DNA from: Mytilus californianus
Taxonomy: Eukaryota
DNA: 64,000 bases
Direction: 5' to 3'
Assembly: GCF_021869535.1 (NCBI RefSeq)
Contig: NW_026262581.1
Coordinates: 11,222,001-11,286,000 of the forward strand
Shown here: piece by piece, positions 1 through 11,728 of the stretch
How the letters are laid out: every line of letters begins with the position of its first letter
How positions within the stretch are numbered: position 1 is the first letter of the stretch
Notes under the pieces: model-generated
Seen by the model: the letters and a program-made list of their open reading frames with translations, nothing else
Told to the model about the DNA's origin: nothing
The model's database searches: none
Made by a program: the position numbers and the translations under genes

Positions 1-10
1 AATAACGAAT

Positions 11-844
11 TTATTTCTTATGAACAATTCCTTTACTTATAGAATAACTAATCGAAGAATTCAAATAGAGAAAAATATTCAACGAGTGACCGAACAACAC
101 ATTAATTCACGAATGCGCGTAGCGCATGAGTTAATTATCAGTGTTGTTCGGTCACGAGTTGAATATTTTTCGATATTTGAATTCTTTGATTGGTTATTCT
201 TTTTATTACATTGGCAAATGGCTTTTTTATGAAATTAAAGTAGAAAACGTAAGGAACTATATCTTTTTCTACGCATTCACAATTTGTTTTGATCCGACAT
301 TATCGACGTCTTGACAACGCCTATTGTTGTATGACGTCAGAGGAGTGAAATAACCACGTTTATTTCACATGTGAAATTATCGGTTTTTATTTCACTGGGA
401 AATCAATATAATTCATTGCAACCAATTTAATAATCATTTTTAAACCGGGATGTAAAATTGAAAAATGCTAATGAAAAATTTCCAGTGTAACATTTTTTCA
501 ACGTTGATGTTGCTGCGTATTGTCAAGTCCTTTTTTTTTTTATTTTTGGGAAATTCAGAAAAAAAAAATTGTTTTTTAAATTTAAAAAAAAAAAAAAATT
601 TACAAATGTTTGTCCTCAAATTTATTTATTTTTTATATATTGTTTTTTTTTTTGACATTTTATTTATCTATTTTTTTTAATTTTTTTTTACATTTTATTT
701 TTTTTCTTTATTTTGGCAAATTTTTTGTTTTTTAATTTTTTGGCAAAATTTTATTTATCCCGGGGTGAACAAGGGTGGGGTGTTATTTGCATCGTGGTAT
801 TTAACCAATCAGCAATTGCAGTATTTTTGCTGCATAAGAAATAA
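11..844. mobile_element. Non-autonomous DNA element with short terminal inverted repeats (Crypton-like architecture, tentative)
   Basis: TTATTTCTTATG at 11-22 is the exact inverse of CATAAGAAATAA at 833-844. ATAACGAAT precedes the left repeat and TAACCAATCA lies just inside the right one, the same layout as at 7257-7998. Confidence 0.5.
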
Positions 845-1654
845 TACTTTTTACTCGGGTGCATATAGCTTATCACAGGCTTTGATAGTTTCTATTTGCT
901 AGTAATTTATTCACAACTTTATAAGACGATTTAGAGCTTGACATTTTGTAAATACAACTGTCTGTTATTGAAGACGGTATGCCTCTTGATATCTTTTGGT
1001 TATTTGTGTCGGTGAGTTGTTGTCTTATTGGCGAATACCCACATCTTCTTTATATCTAAATTAAAATTCATATCACACAAATCAATTGCGTCATAGTGAC
1101 CTACTTTGGGTTTGAAGTTGTCGAACCAAACAGATACTGGCTTTATTAAAGTGACATATAAAAATTAAGAAACGTGATATGATGTTCAATGAGACAGCTA
1201 TCCCTATGGACAAAATGACATAGGTGTGAACTGTTATAGGTCACCGTTCGGCCGAACAAAACTCATCAACTATATAAGGTTCCGATATAACAAACTGTGA
1301 AACAATTTAAAAGAGAACCAACTGTCTGATATAAACAAATAACATTTTAAAACGGAAAAAGGAAAACGGATAACAATAACAGTGACAAACGGCAACCAGC
1401 GACAGTCACTTGACTATAGGCTCCTGACTTGGGACAGGCACTCAATGAATGTGGCAGGGTTTCTCGATGAGGCAGAGTCGTAACATGGGAAAGTTGTGAA
1501 ACAAAACTACATTAAAAAATACTGTAAAAATCATATAAAAAAGGTTTGAAAGGTCCATCTCTTAAGTTCAAAATCTGAAATCGAATGTAAAAGTTAATCA
1601 AAGACAAAAGAATGTGAAATATGAGTCCGTAAATGGTTTTGTCTTATACAATTC

Positions 1655-2978
1655 GATGACTGAAGACTTCACGGTGTTCAGGAACTGATCAACCTATAGA
1701 TAATGTAACCTCGGGTGGTAGAAATGCATGCTGATGACTAAAGACTTCACGGTGTTCAGGAACTGATCAATCTATAGATAATGTAACCTCGGGTGGTAGA
1801 GATGCATGCTGATGACTGAAGACTTCACGGTGTTCAGGAACTGATCAACCTATAGATAATGTAACCTCGGGTGGTAGAGATGCATGCTGATGACTAAAGA
1901 CTTCACGGTGTTCAGGAACTGATCAATCTATAGATAATGTAACCTCGGGTGGTAGAGATGCATGCTGATGACTAAAGACTTCACGGTGTTCAGGAACTGA
2001 TCAACCTATAGATAATGAAACCTCAGGTGGTAGAGATGCATGCTGATGACTAAAGACTTCACGGTGTTCAGGAACTGATCAACCTATAGATAATGTAACC
2101 TCGGGTGGTAGAGATGCATGCTGATGACTGAAGACTTCACGGTGTTCAGGAACTGATCAATCTATAGATAATGTAACCTCGGGTGGTAGAGATGCATGCT
2201 GATGACTGAAGACTTCACGGTGTTCAGGAACTGATCAACCTATAGATAATGTAACCTCGGGTGGTAGAGATGCATGCTGATGACTAAAGACTTCACGGTG
2301 TTCAGGAACTGATCAATCTATAGATAATGTAACCTCGGGTGGTAGAGATGCATGCTGATGACTAAAGACTTCACGGTGTTCAGGAACTGATCAACCTATA
2401 GATAATGTAACCTCAGGTGGTAGAGATGCATGCTGATGACTAAAGACTTCACGGTGTTCAGGAACTGATCAATCTATAGATAATGTAACCTCGGGTGGTA
2501 GAGATGCATGCTGTTGACTGAAGACTTCACGGTGTTCAGGAACTGATCAACCTATAGATAATGTAACCTCGGGTGGTAGAGATGCATGCTGATGACTGAA
2601 GACTTCACGGTGTTCAGGAACTGATCAACCTATAGATAATGTAACCTCGGGTGGTAGAGATGCATGCTGTTGACTGAAGACTTCACGGTGTTCAGGAACT
2701 GATCAACCTATAGATAATGTAACCTCAGGTGGTAGAGATGCATGCTGATGACTAAAGACTTCACGGTGTTCAGGAACTGATCAACCTATAGATAATGTAA
2801 CCTCGGGTGGTAGAGATGCATGCTGATGACTGAAGACTTCACGGTGTTCAGGAACTGATCAACCTATAGATAATGTAACCTCGGGTGGTAGAGATGCATG
2901 CTGTTGACTAAAGACTTCACGGTGTTCAGGAACTGATCAACCTATAGATAATGTAACCTCAGGTGGTAGAGATGCATG
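1655..2978. repeat. 78 bp minisatellite, about 17 near-identical copies, apparently in HAL intron 1
   Basis: The unit GACTTCACGGTGTTCAGGAACTGATCAACCTATAGATAATGTAACCTCGGGTGGTAGAGATGCATGCTGATGACTAAA recurs at 1665, 1743, 1821 ... 2913. All six frames contain stops. Confidence 0.97.
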
Positions 2979-3330
2979 TTTGAACCTGCATACCAAGTCA
3001 CAATATTGACTGTTAATTACTAATTTTCGGAGAATTGAAAATGGGCGGGCACATGTACGCGCAACAAAATTGACAACGAGGTTACTCCTTAGTCCACTTA
3101 CATTTTTTGAGGCTTACTAATTATACAACAAATCAAATGTAGTTTGCTGTATTTTTTAATGCTTCTCGTAATTTCAATATTCGTAGTTATGATTTCGTAT
3201 TAGATTAGACAAGATGTTTCTTTGCGAAGCAATAAAATATGCTGTAATCATTACTATAAGTAGTTTTATCATTATGATATTCATCATCATTATTATAATT
3301 ATCATTATTATCATTAATTAAGACACTGAC

Positions 3331-3562
3331 CCACAGTAACAAAATCATTGTCATCCAGTACATGTTTAATGGCGTCATCTTGATCTAAAATTGCCCCTCC
3401 TTTGGCTTTTCTCACTTCGAATACTTTTTCTATAGCATGACCCGAGGAACTCTTGGCTTTGTAGTATCTCCTTAATGTCTCCTCTCCCAGCCATTTTACA
3501 CTCTCGGCCCCTTTGCATGGTACAGCAAACCAATCTCCTCTCACTCGAGCAGATAGTTTCAT
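3331..3562 (-). CDS. HAL: Histidine ammonia-lyase, first coding exon (N-terminal Par3/HAL domain); the gene continues off the left edge
   Basis: MKLSARVRGDWFAVPCKGAESVKWLGEETLRRY...ILDQDDAIKHVLDDNDFVTV resembles the vertebrate HAL N-terminus (VHVRGEWLAVPC...WLGREAVRRY...LLDNEDRLEVALENNEFVEV). Phase-1 donor G|GTCAGT at 3331/3330. Confidence 0.88.
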
Positions 3563-6500
3563 TATTTTGAAGTTCTATCTTTATCCGATAAGAGTGTTGA
3601 CTGTTTGACCGGTTTATAGTGTATCAGGTGTGAGGTTCTGGACTCGTGGTTTATCTTGTTAACTAAACTGTTATCGAGACAAGATCAAATTATATGCTAA
3701 GTCAAAATACGACCAAGGAAAGCGAATTATATTTTGTATTTCTACGTGAACAATCAATATGTGGCACTGAGTTTATCTTTAAGGAATACTTCTTTCGGTG
3801 AAATATATCATAACTGGAAGTTGTGTTTCCTTGTAAATGTGATGATTATAGGGAGATTTCGATTTAACTTCAATGAGACAACAACCTAACAATACAAAAA
3901 AAAACACCAAAGGATGTACCTATTATAATTATTGATCGATTTTTATATTTAAAATGTAATGCATTGAAATAACGAAAATCGGCTGTGTAATAATTGTAAT
4001 ACGTCCCTAAAATTATAAGTAAAAAATCGCATACAACTTGTTATGAACACTTTTAGTTTCTCTTTGCGTTGTGTAAATTGTTATCGAAACACATACTTTA
4101 TGAAGGTCAGGACTGTATTTACAGAATACAGAATTATCGGCAAAACGTGCAGAAAAGGAAAAAATAAGAGAATAGAGAATAATGGGGTGGTAAAATATAT
4201 AGAAAAGAGAATAATATTATAGGCAAAATGAATGAAGAAGAGAGAAAAAAATTCGAAACTATAAAGAAAAAAGAAATAAAGGACCTCCCACCCAGACCCT
4301 CCTGTATGGAACGCCAAATTAACAGAAACTCAAATAATTAAGCCTCAATGTAAATAATTACACATAAATCTTTAATTTGAAATGCTGCACTATGTTGATA
4401 CTTACATTTTGACATAACTAATCATGTAGTTATCCACTTATGTAAACACGTTTGATCCTGCACCATGTTGGTACTTACATTTTGACATTAACATTGCACA
4501 GTTCGTGATTTTTCCAGGCTGCTTTTGGGGTCTTTACATCCATTGGAGGTATGTTGATTGATATTTAGTCTGGGGTCATGAGAACATATTCTATTTATTA
4601 GTGGTAATTGGGCATTGGACTAGCTTTCAGTAACTGCGAGTACTCTTCGATTGGTAATTTTTGACTTATGTCATTTTGTCAGTTGTTTTAGTACTTATAA
4701 TCAATCTGATATATTTATTTTCCGTTCAATAGTATTAGCTTTAATCGTTATTTTTCTCTTATGAATTGTTTCACGTTTTCTTATCCTGATGTCTTTTGTA
4801 GCTTATAATACGGTTTTTGAGATTTGTTCATTGCTGAAGGCCGTAAAGTGACATGTATATGTTATCATCCTTGTCGTTTTTGTTTGTTTGTTTTTTTTTA
4901 ATTTTTTGTTTGTTTGTTTTTTGTTTGTTTTTATCTTTCATGGATATTTGTATCACTGGCAATGATACCACATTTTCTTCTTCATGATTAAAAATGAATG
5001 TATTTGGTCAGAGAATACTTGCATGTATACTTATTGTTTACTTAATAAATTATCTTATTTATATTTTTTTATATTCAGTGTATATTAAACGTCATTTCAT
5101 GTCCATCCAGAATAAACCTGCCCTTATCAGTAAATGATTATATTATTAACAGAAGTGGAGCATAAGTGAAACACATGTGAAGAATGCATACATATAACAT
5201 AAGCTTATCGGTCTTCGACATAGGTAAATAAGATACGAGGGGGTAATTAAGGGTCTTGCTTATGTCTGGCGTAAGGGAGATAACTATTAAATGTCTGTAA
5301 CTCGTTTGTGCATTTTTACCAGATTTTTTTTTAACTGGAATAGTTTTACTCTACCAAAAATTCAATGGAGATACCAGAAATTTTTATAAAGGTACAAGGA
5401 TAACAAGCGAAAATAGGTAGATAATGACGTATCAGAAATTAATTGATTGGGAGGTTGGGAAATAACTCTTTCGACATCGATTTTTTAGAGATCATGCGGG
5501 GAAATTTGAACATTATTGTGGATAAAACAATGAAGGTGTATTGTTTCAGTGGGTGTATTGTTTCAGTGCTTAGTGGTAATTTGTTCTTAACTATGTGTCT
5601 CTTGTCTTCAAACATGCACAGCTAAATTCTTGAAGAAATGGTCTACATAACCAAGTACAAAGCAATGCTTAAAGATTTCTTACATTTGCACAAATAGTAT
5701 TTAGAAAGTGACCGACTATCTGTTAAAGTTAAGAGACATTGTAATTAAAATCTGCCAGTTTAGATGGAGTCATTGCAATCTTCGGGAAAGAAACAAATCT
5801 AAGGCACAAACCATTTACCATGTGTGTGGAGGAAGAGAGAGGTCAGTTTTTTCTCTCTCGGGACACACTTTTTTTCAACTGTAACAATTACAAACGTTTT
5901 TCCTATAACATACAGGAACAAGAAACAAAGTTATAATAAGTGTTGTTTATATTTTATTTTTAACTAATTTTCAAAAAGATGTACTTACAAGCTTTTTTTT
6001 AGCTTCCCTGCTTAAAAATGTTTTAAAGAACACACACACACACACACAACACGCACGATTGGTGTCTTGTGGTGTCAATAGTACAGTTCGTCCCAAAACT
6101 AAAAGTATAATTTTTTTTCTGTATTTAGAGAAGTTCCTTTGTGTGCCCAACTCTCAAGATTACCCATAAGCTCATTTGCCTAGTAATTGATAATAAGCTC
6201 ATCATCACTAACTTGTACAGCAAAATTGGTAATTTCCCGTATTGAGCGTCTCTCTTCTCGTCCTTGAAATATTAAACGACGCACAAGTTAAGCAACAACC
6301 TAATGTATTTTCAACTGGCACTATGGATACCCAATAAAATTATAACTGATCATAAGCATAAAAGGATATATAGCTATACATATAACAATACCCTACACAT
6401 AAATAGGCAAAATTAATTTTCAATTTAATTTTGGCTGTTCATGTGTGCACACATACTCACGCATACGGTACCGTCGGGTAAACATAAGAAAAAATGAACA

Positions 6501-6629
6501 TACTTAGGTGCAAGCATCTAGACCTCTTCATCTTTAAACCTAGGAGCTACTATTTTAACATGGATTTAAACAGAGGGGTCATGCGTATCGCAGTAGATAA
6601 CAATAAAAGAAATTACACGTCTAGACAAC

Positions 6630-6960
6630 GAACAACAAGTAGACTTATTGATATTATTATTAGACTTAAGCAAGGCATTAACACCGTGTCACATACAAGA
6701 CTGTTTAGGAAATTTTAGTATTATGGATCAATGGATGGGTGAAATCATGACTAAGAATAATACAGCAGACAGTCCTGTGAAAGGAGAGGAATCGCCTTCA
6801 GTACACGTGAAATCAGGTGTACAACAAGGAAACGTGGTAGGACCTCTTATGTTTTTGTTGTAATTCAACGATATAAGAAACAACATTTCATCTTCCATAC
6901 GACTTTTCCCTGATGCCAGTCGTTTGTACTTCGTAGTATCACCCAGAGACGAGTCGACTA
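6630..6960 (+). mobile_element. Degenerate non-LTR (CR1/L2-type LINE) reverse transcriptase fragment
   Basis: Frameshifted RT motifs LLDLSKA/TVSHTRL, VKSGVQQGNVVGPLMFLL*FNDI and SSIRLFPD. Confidence 0.85.
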
Positions 6961-7256
6961 CGAACAATTACAACAGGACTTAACCATGTTAACATCACTC
7001 GTCAGTTGGCAGTCAGAAAAATGGTGATGGAGGTCAATTCGACACTGAAATCATCGGATATGTATAAATACATTAAGAATATATAAAGGAAAAAAGATCC
7101 ATTTTTCATACATACTATATGAATATCCGCGTACTATACTCTTTACAACACAGTTCATACCTTAGAGAAGCGCCATGTCGACTCAAGGCTGTCCTGAGAT
7201 CACTATGATACCTATTCATATAGTCTTTGGGACTGTTGGTGGACGTAATAATATAA

Positions 7257-7998
7257 GTTATCTACGTTCATATCCGTAGATATGGATATTTTAACACCCT
7301 GAAGTATCCAAGTACACCCTGAGGCGCAGCCGAAGGGTGTACAGGGTACTGAAGGGTGTTAAAATATCCATTTCTACGGATATGAACGTAGATAACGAAT
7401 TTATCCCCGGTTTTAGTCTAAATCTGGCGATTTTTAGAGAAATTCGACCACAAAGTGAAACGTGAAAGCAACGTTTTTTTCATTTTTTAAATATCTTTTA
7501 TTGAAATTTGGGAATTTGACATATTTTTAACGGGGTGTAGGGTTCTACCTTTGGTAGAACCCTACAGGTAGACAAATATAAGACGTTTTTAAAGTAGAGA
7601 CAGAGAAACTGAAATGGGTCGAATTTGGCGCGCAATGTTGTGAGAGTTACATCATAAAGGGTGTGACGTCAACGTGGGACATTTGCATAGCTAGGTCAGT
7701 AGTACCATTCATTGACAATGTGGCTGCATAGTGATGCATTTACTAAAATGAGTGCAAGGTAATAAGATAAAATCGTTAGTGGATTAAGTATTTAATTATA
7801 CAGACATCATGGAAAATCTACAGAATTCGATATTTCATAAGGAACAACCATGGAATTAAGGAAAACGCGCGTGAAATTCCCCGTTGTAATGGGTAGCAAC
7901 GTCCGGGGATATGGGTTAGCAACACCCAGGGGCTATGGGTTTTGTAACGACGTGCGTTAACCAATCAAAATCCTAGAAATATACTAAGCCGGGGATAA
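7257..7998. mobile_element. Non-autonomous DNA element: 140 bp hairpin followed by an inverted-repeat-bounded body (Crypton-like, tentative)
   Basis: Near-perfect hairpin at 7257-7396 centred on GAGGCGCAGCCGAAG. Inverted repeat TTATCCCCGG at 7401 pairs with CCGGGGATAA ending at 7998. TAACCAATCA near 7958. Confidence 0.6.
7536..7566. repeat. Perfect 14 bp-arm hairpin
   Basis: TGTAGGGTTCTACC-TTT-GGTAGAACCCTACA. Confidence 0.9.
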
Positions 7999-8429
7999 GT
8001 TACCATGTACAACCCAGGTAGCATGTAGGTGCTCAAAGTTCAGTCTCCTCTGGTTTAAAATTACTAAGTTACTTCTGGAACTATTATACTAAAGTATGAT
8101 AGTCCCAGGTGACTTCGATATAGCTGTTCACTTGACACCAAAAAAATGCTATTAAGTATAAGGTGTCTGTCCGATAACGTAATTATTGACTTAAACACAT
8201 TTTCTAGAGAATATTGATATGTAAACTGGGGCCATTAACTCACAAACTGAACAAAAGGATTTTATGTAAAGTTTTTGAGTCAGCGACTCAGTTTACACAC
8301 CATCTGAGCCTTTATGTGCTGATTCGGCGTAAACTAAAATCACTAATCAATCACTCCGGCAACATCAATAACCTATAGAAAAATGTGTTTAAACCTTATA
8401 ATTCTTAACCCAAACATTTGCAACTTGTA

Positions 8430-9070
8430 ATAAACATTTTATTTTCATTAGTATCTACCGTCAAATCCACGGTTGACATGTCGTAACAACTTCCAAGAAA
8501 GGACCTAAGCCATATGTCATACACTAAATCAACTCTGAAGTGGAAATTCTAACCTGAGACTACTATATATAGTCTCAGTTCTAACGGACCAATCCCATAT
8601 TTGAAGATATGCAAATCATATAAGAACTATTGTTCAAACACTTCTGTGCTTCGAAAGGATTCCAAATATGAAGAAGAAAAAAAAAGTATAAACGGAAAAA
8701 CTGTTCAAGTATGAGTGCTCCTACATGGGAGCCATAATTTAACATGACATAAAAAAAACACACGATATATCCGTTCCACTCACCACTACAGTGCTGTCAC
8801 CGGAAGAAGCGTGTGGTGAACAAAACACAAAAGTCAACATGGATTTTAAAGGGGTAGCTAAAAATCTGTGGAATAACCCGTTTGTTTGGTAACTAGAGAT
8901 TTTTTCATATAGAACGAACGTTATTATAGGTAACCATTCCTTCCTGTAAATTTGGACGTCTTGCATATTGCATAATTTTATATGTATACGTTTCTCATGA
9001 CATAACTCAGGTCATGTGGGTTGTTGCACATCGACAGGCTGTCACATGCCTCAGAAGCTATAAATGTTTC
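8430..9070 (-). pseudogene. Decayed coding-like segment of unidentified family
   Basis: Protein-like stretches (MCNNPHDLSYVMRN; WLPIITFVLYEKISSYQTNGLFHRFLATPLKSML; YGSHVGALILEQ; MGLVR*NFHFRVDLVYDIWLRSFLGSCYDMSTVDL) joined by frameshifts and stops. Removing the 32 bp insertion around 8554-8585 restores one frame. Confidence 0.45.
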
Positions 9071-9810
9071 TTACACCATTGGAACTACTCTTGAATAATT
9101 AAATCTGATGTATTTGATATGTTATGATTTACCTCTAAAGATGAAACTACATGTAGGCTAGCTCTAAACCAGTTTTGGATTTGGAGGTCAACTTGCTGTT
9201 TTCTGCTGTACATGTTCTTATTTGGCTCTTCTCTGAAAACATCTCTGACCTAGGAATCCCTATAGGGATGAATTTTTTTCTCTTGATATTGATTACATGA
9301 ATATGAATCATTAAATGAATAATATTTATTTTCAAACATGTAAAACAGGTTGGGGACAACCAGCAAAACGGGAATAGTTCCCCGGTACCTCGAATCGCCG
9401 AATAAGACCGTTATTAGCCAAATAACACTTGTAATCACCGAATAACACTTGAAATTTTAATATAAGCACATATTGGTGACATTTAAACATTGATTATTAA
9501 ATAATATTGTATTATAAGTGTATTGTTTAACTTAAAAATGATTTACAGAAAGCAGGTAAGTTCATAAAGATCGCATTAAATATTAGTGTGTACATCCAAC
9601 ATGGCGACCAAGGAAAACACAATGGGAAGAATAAAAGAATGATTGCATATGCATACAAAGGGAAAAGCTATGAAAATAAAATATTAAATAATGTACTGTA
9701 TATACAGAGTATTGTATTAAAGATTTTCATTGGCAAATATTAATGTTTTTACAAGTTACCAAAAATTGGTATAAAAACATGTGAAGACATATGTGCTGTC
9801 TTCCATTTTT

Positions 9811-10000
9811 AAAATGGCTTTATATCCTTGTGTTGATTGCACAATTCAGTGCAGTAGTTGTGATCGTTGGGTTCACAGTGCTTGTGTCCCAATGAATGAT
9901 TCAATGTTATCGGCCTGGTCAGATGTGTCTCTAAAGTTCCTATGTAAGGACTGCTGCTTTACAGACAACAAGTACCAGTCAGGGGTACTACTTAAACAAG
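9811..10000 (+). pseudogene. PHD-finger fragment inside the MULE
   Basis: MALYPCVDC(internally shortened)TIQCSSCDRWVHSACVPMNDSMLSAWSDVSLKFLCKDC shows the C-x2-C-x4-H-x2-C...C-x2-C PHD pattern. Confidence 0.75.
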
Positions 10001-10935
10001 TGATTTCAGAATCACTTCCTCAAGTGATTTTGGCTGTGAAGTATTAAAAATTTTCACACAGACTTTTTAAAATCACTGAAACAAGTAATTTTAGAAGTTA
10101 AAATGTAATCACTTTAATAAGTGTTTATAACATTTTCTTGATATTTTTCCCACAAGCTTGATTTTTTTATTGGTAAAAAGACAACAATTCCATTGAAAAA
10201 ACAACTACATGTGTATGTACATGCAGAAATTGTCTTTTGCTTGATAAGCCCGACACTTTTACAGTTTTTTTAAAATATGCAAAAACTGGAATAGTTTGTA
10301 GATCAGGTCATAACCTTGAAGTAGATCATTCTAACTCTAAAGAAAACCAATCAGGTTACCTAATATTGTTGATCTTTGTCTGATAGTAAGAGTAGTTAAT
10401 GAATTTTTGATTACAGAAAAATTCCCAAGGGTACTTTTAAAAGCTTTAGCGCACTAACTTACTGCCCAAGCGCACTGGTGAAATTAATATACAAAGAAAA
10501 AGGGATAATTGATTTATGTAGGAAAATTATAGAAAAGATTGTGAAAATATGGAAAATCAATGAAATTAGCATTTGAAGATCAAAGAAAACACTAAAATCA
10601 CTTAAATAGGTGATAACTGAATTTATCAAATCACTGAAATAAGTGATGATGAAATCACTTGTTTAAATAGCACCCCTGACTGAGTACGTCATGGCCAAGT
10701 CCCTAGAAAGGTAAGTAATTTTATAAAGTATATTTTCAACATAATATTTATTAGAATGTATATGAAATATATAAAGAACAAATGTGAAATTGTACATATT
10801 TAATTTTAATGAAGACATTAATTTCACTTATTCGATTATATTTAACTTGTTTCTTATTTAGATAAAATTAACCTGTGAACGTTTGTTGTTCAAATACCAA
10901 GCTTTAAGTCTTTAATTGAATAGTTTTAAAATTAA

Positions 10936-11088
10936 TTTGGTACATACGCTGACATGATGCATATGTATGCACTGAGTGCCGCAATGAAGATACCGATCCG
11001 ATCTTATTTCCCCCCGCAGGATGGAATCAACAAAAAAGATAGAGAGTCCGTACTAGACAGCATCTTCGGTGACCAAGGACTATTATAA
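10936..11088 (+). pseudogene. Vertnin/OTU-like fragment inside the MULE
   Basis: FGTYADMMHMYALSAAMKIPIRSYFPPQ resembles the vertnin-family motif G-x-Y/W-x-x-M-x-H-x-Y-A-L-S-x-x-L-x-x-P-I-x-S-x-Y/F-P, recognised from memory. Confidence 0.55.
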
Positions 11089-11094
11089 GAAATA

Positions 11095-11728
11095 TTTTTT
11101 AACAATAAGTTCTAAATAAATTGTTTTCGCGGACTATGACAGATAAGCCCGTGCCTTGTGCAGGATATCTTAGTAGTTTTAATTTTTTACAATAAAATTC
11201 TAAATAAATTCTAAATAAAATGTTGTTTTCGCGGACTACGACAGATAAGCCCGTGCCTTGTGCAGGATATCTTAGTAGTTTTAATTTTTCACATTAAAAT
11301 TCTAAATAAATTGTTTTCACGGACTATGACAGATAAGCCCGTGCCTTGTGCAGGATATCTTAGTAGTTTTAATTTTTTACAATAAATTCTAAATAAATTG
11401 TTATCGCGGACTACGATAGATAAGCCCGTGCCTTGTGCAGGACTCGTGATATCTTAGTAGTTTTAATTTTTCACAATAAAATTCTAAATAAATTGTTTTC
11501 GCGGACTATGACAGATAAGCCCGTGCCTTGTGCAGGATATCTTAGTAGTTTTAATTTTTTACAATAAAATTCTAAATAAATTGTTATCGCGGACTACGAT
11601 AGATAAGCCCATGCCTTGTGCAGGATATCTTAGTAGTTTTAATTTTTTACAATAATTTCTAAATAAATTGTTTTCGCGGACTATAACAGATAAGCCCGTG
11701 CCTTGTGCAGGATATCTTAGTAGTTTTA
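11095..11728. repeat. About 88 bp tandem repeat, 7 copies, inside the MULE
   Basis: TTGTTTTCGCGGACTATGACAGATAAGCCCGTGCCTTGTGCAGGATATCTTAGTAGTTTTAATT... recurs near 11121, 11224, 11311, 11398, 11493, 11581 and 11668. Confidence 0.95.

Noticed and set aside
520-760. Extremely AT-rich homopolymer patch (ORF 465-680) as another hypermutated tract
   Set aside because: It is low complexity with no clear reference frame and could be a local consensus error. It serves only as a caution for the LTR interior.
1655-2978. Regular repeat array as a CRISPR locus
   Set aside because: The units are contiguous with no unique spacers, there are no cas genes, and the context is eukaryotic and intronic.
4519-4550. 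32 nt exon-like segment whose phase-2 end fits the TOMM6-like exon
   Set aside because: It is 9 kb away with no supporting homology and cannot be preferred over chance or over the 12741 candidate.
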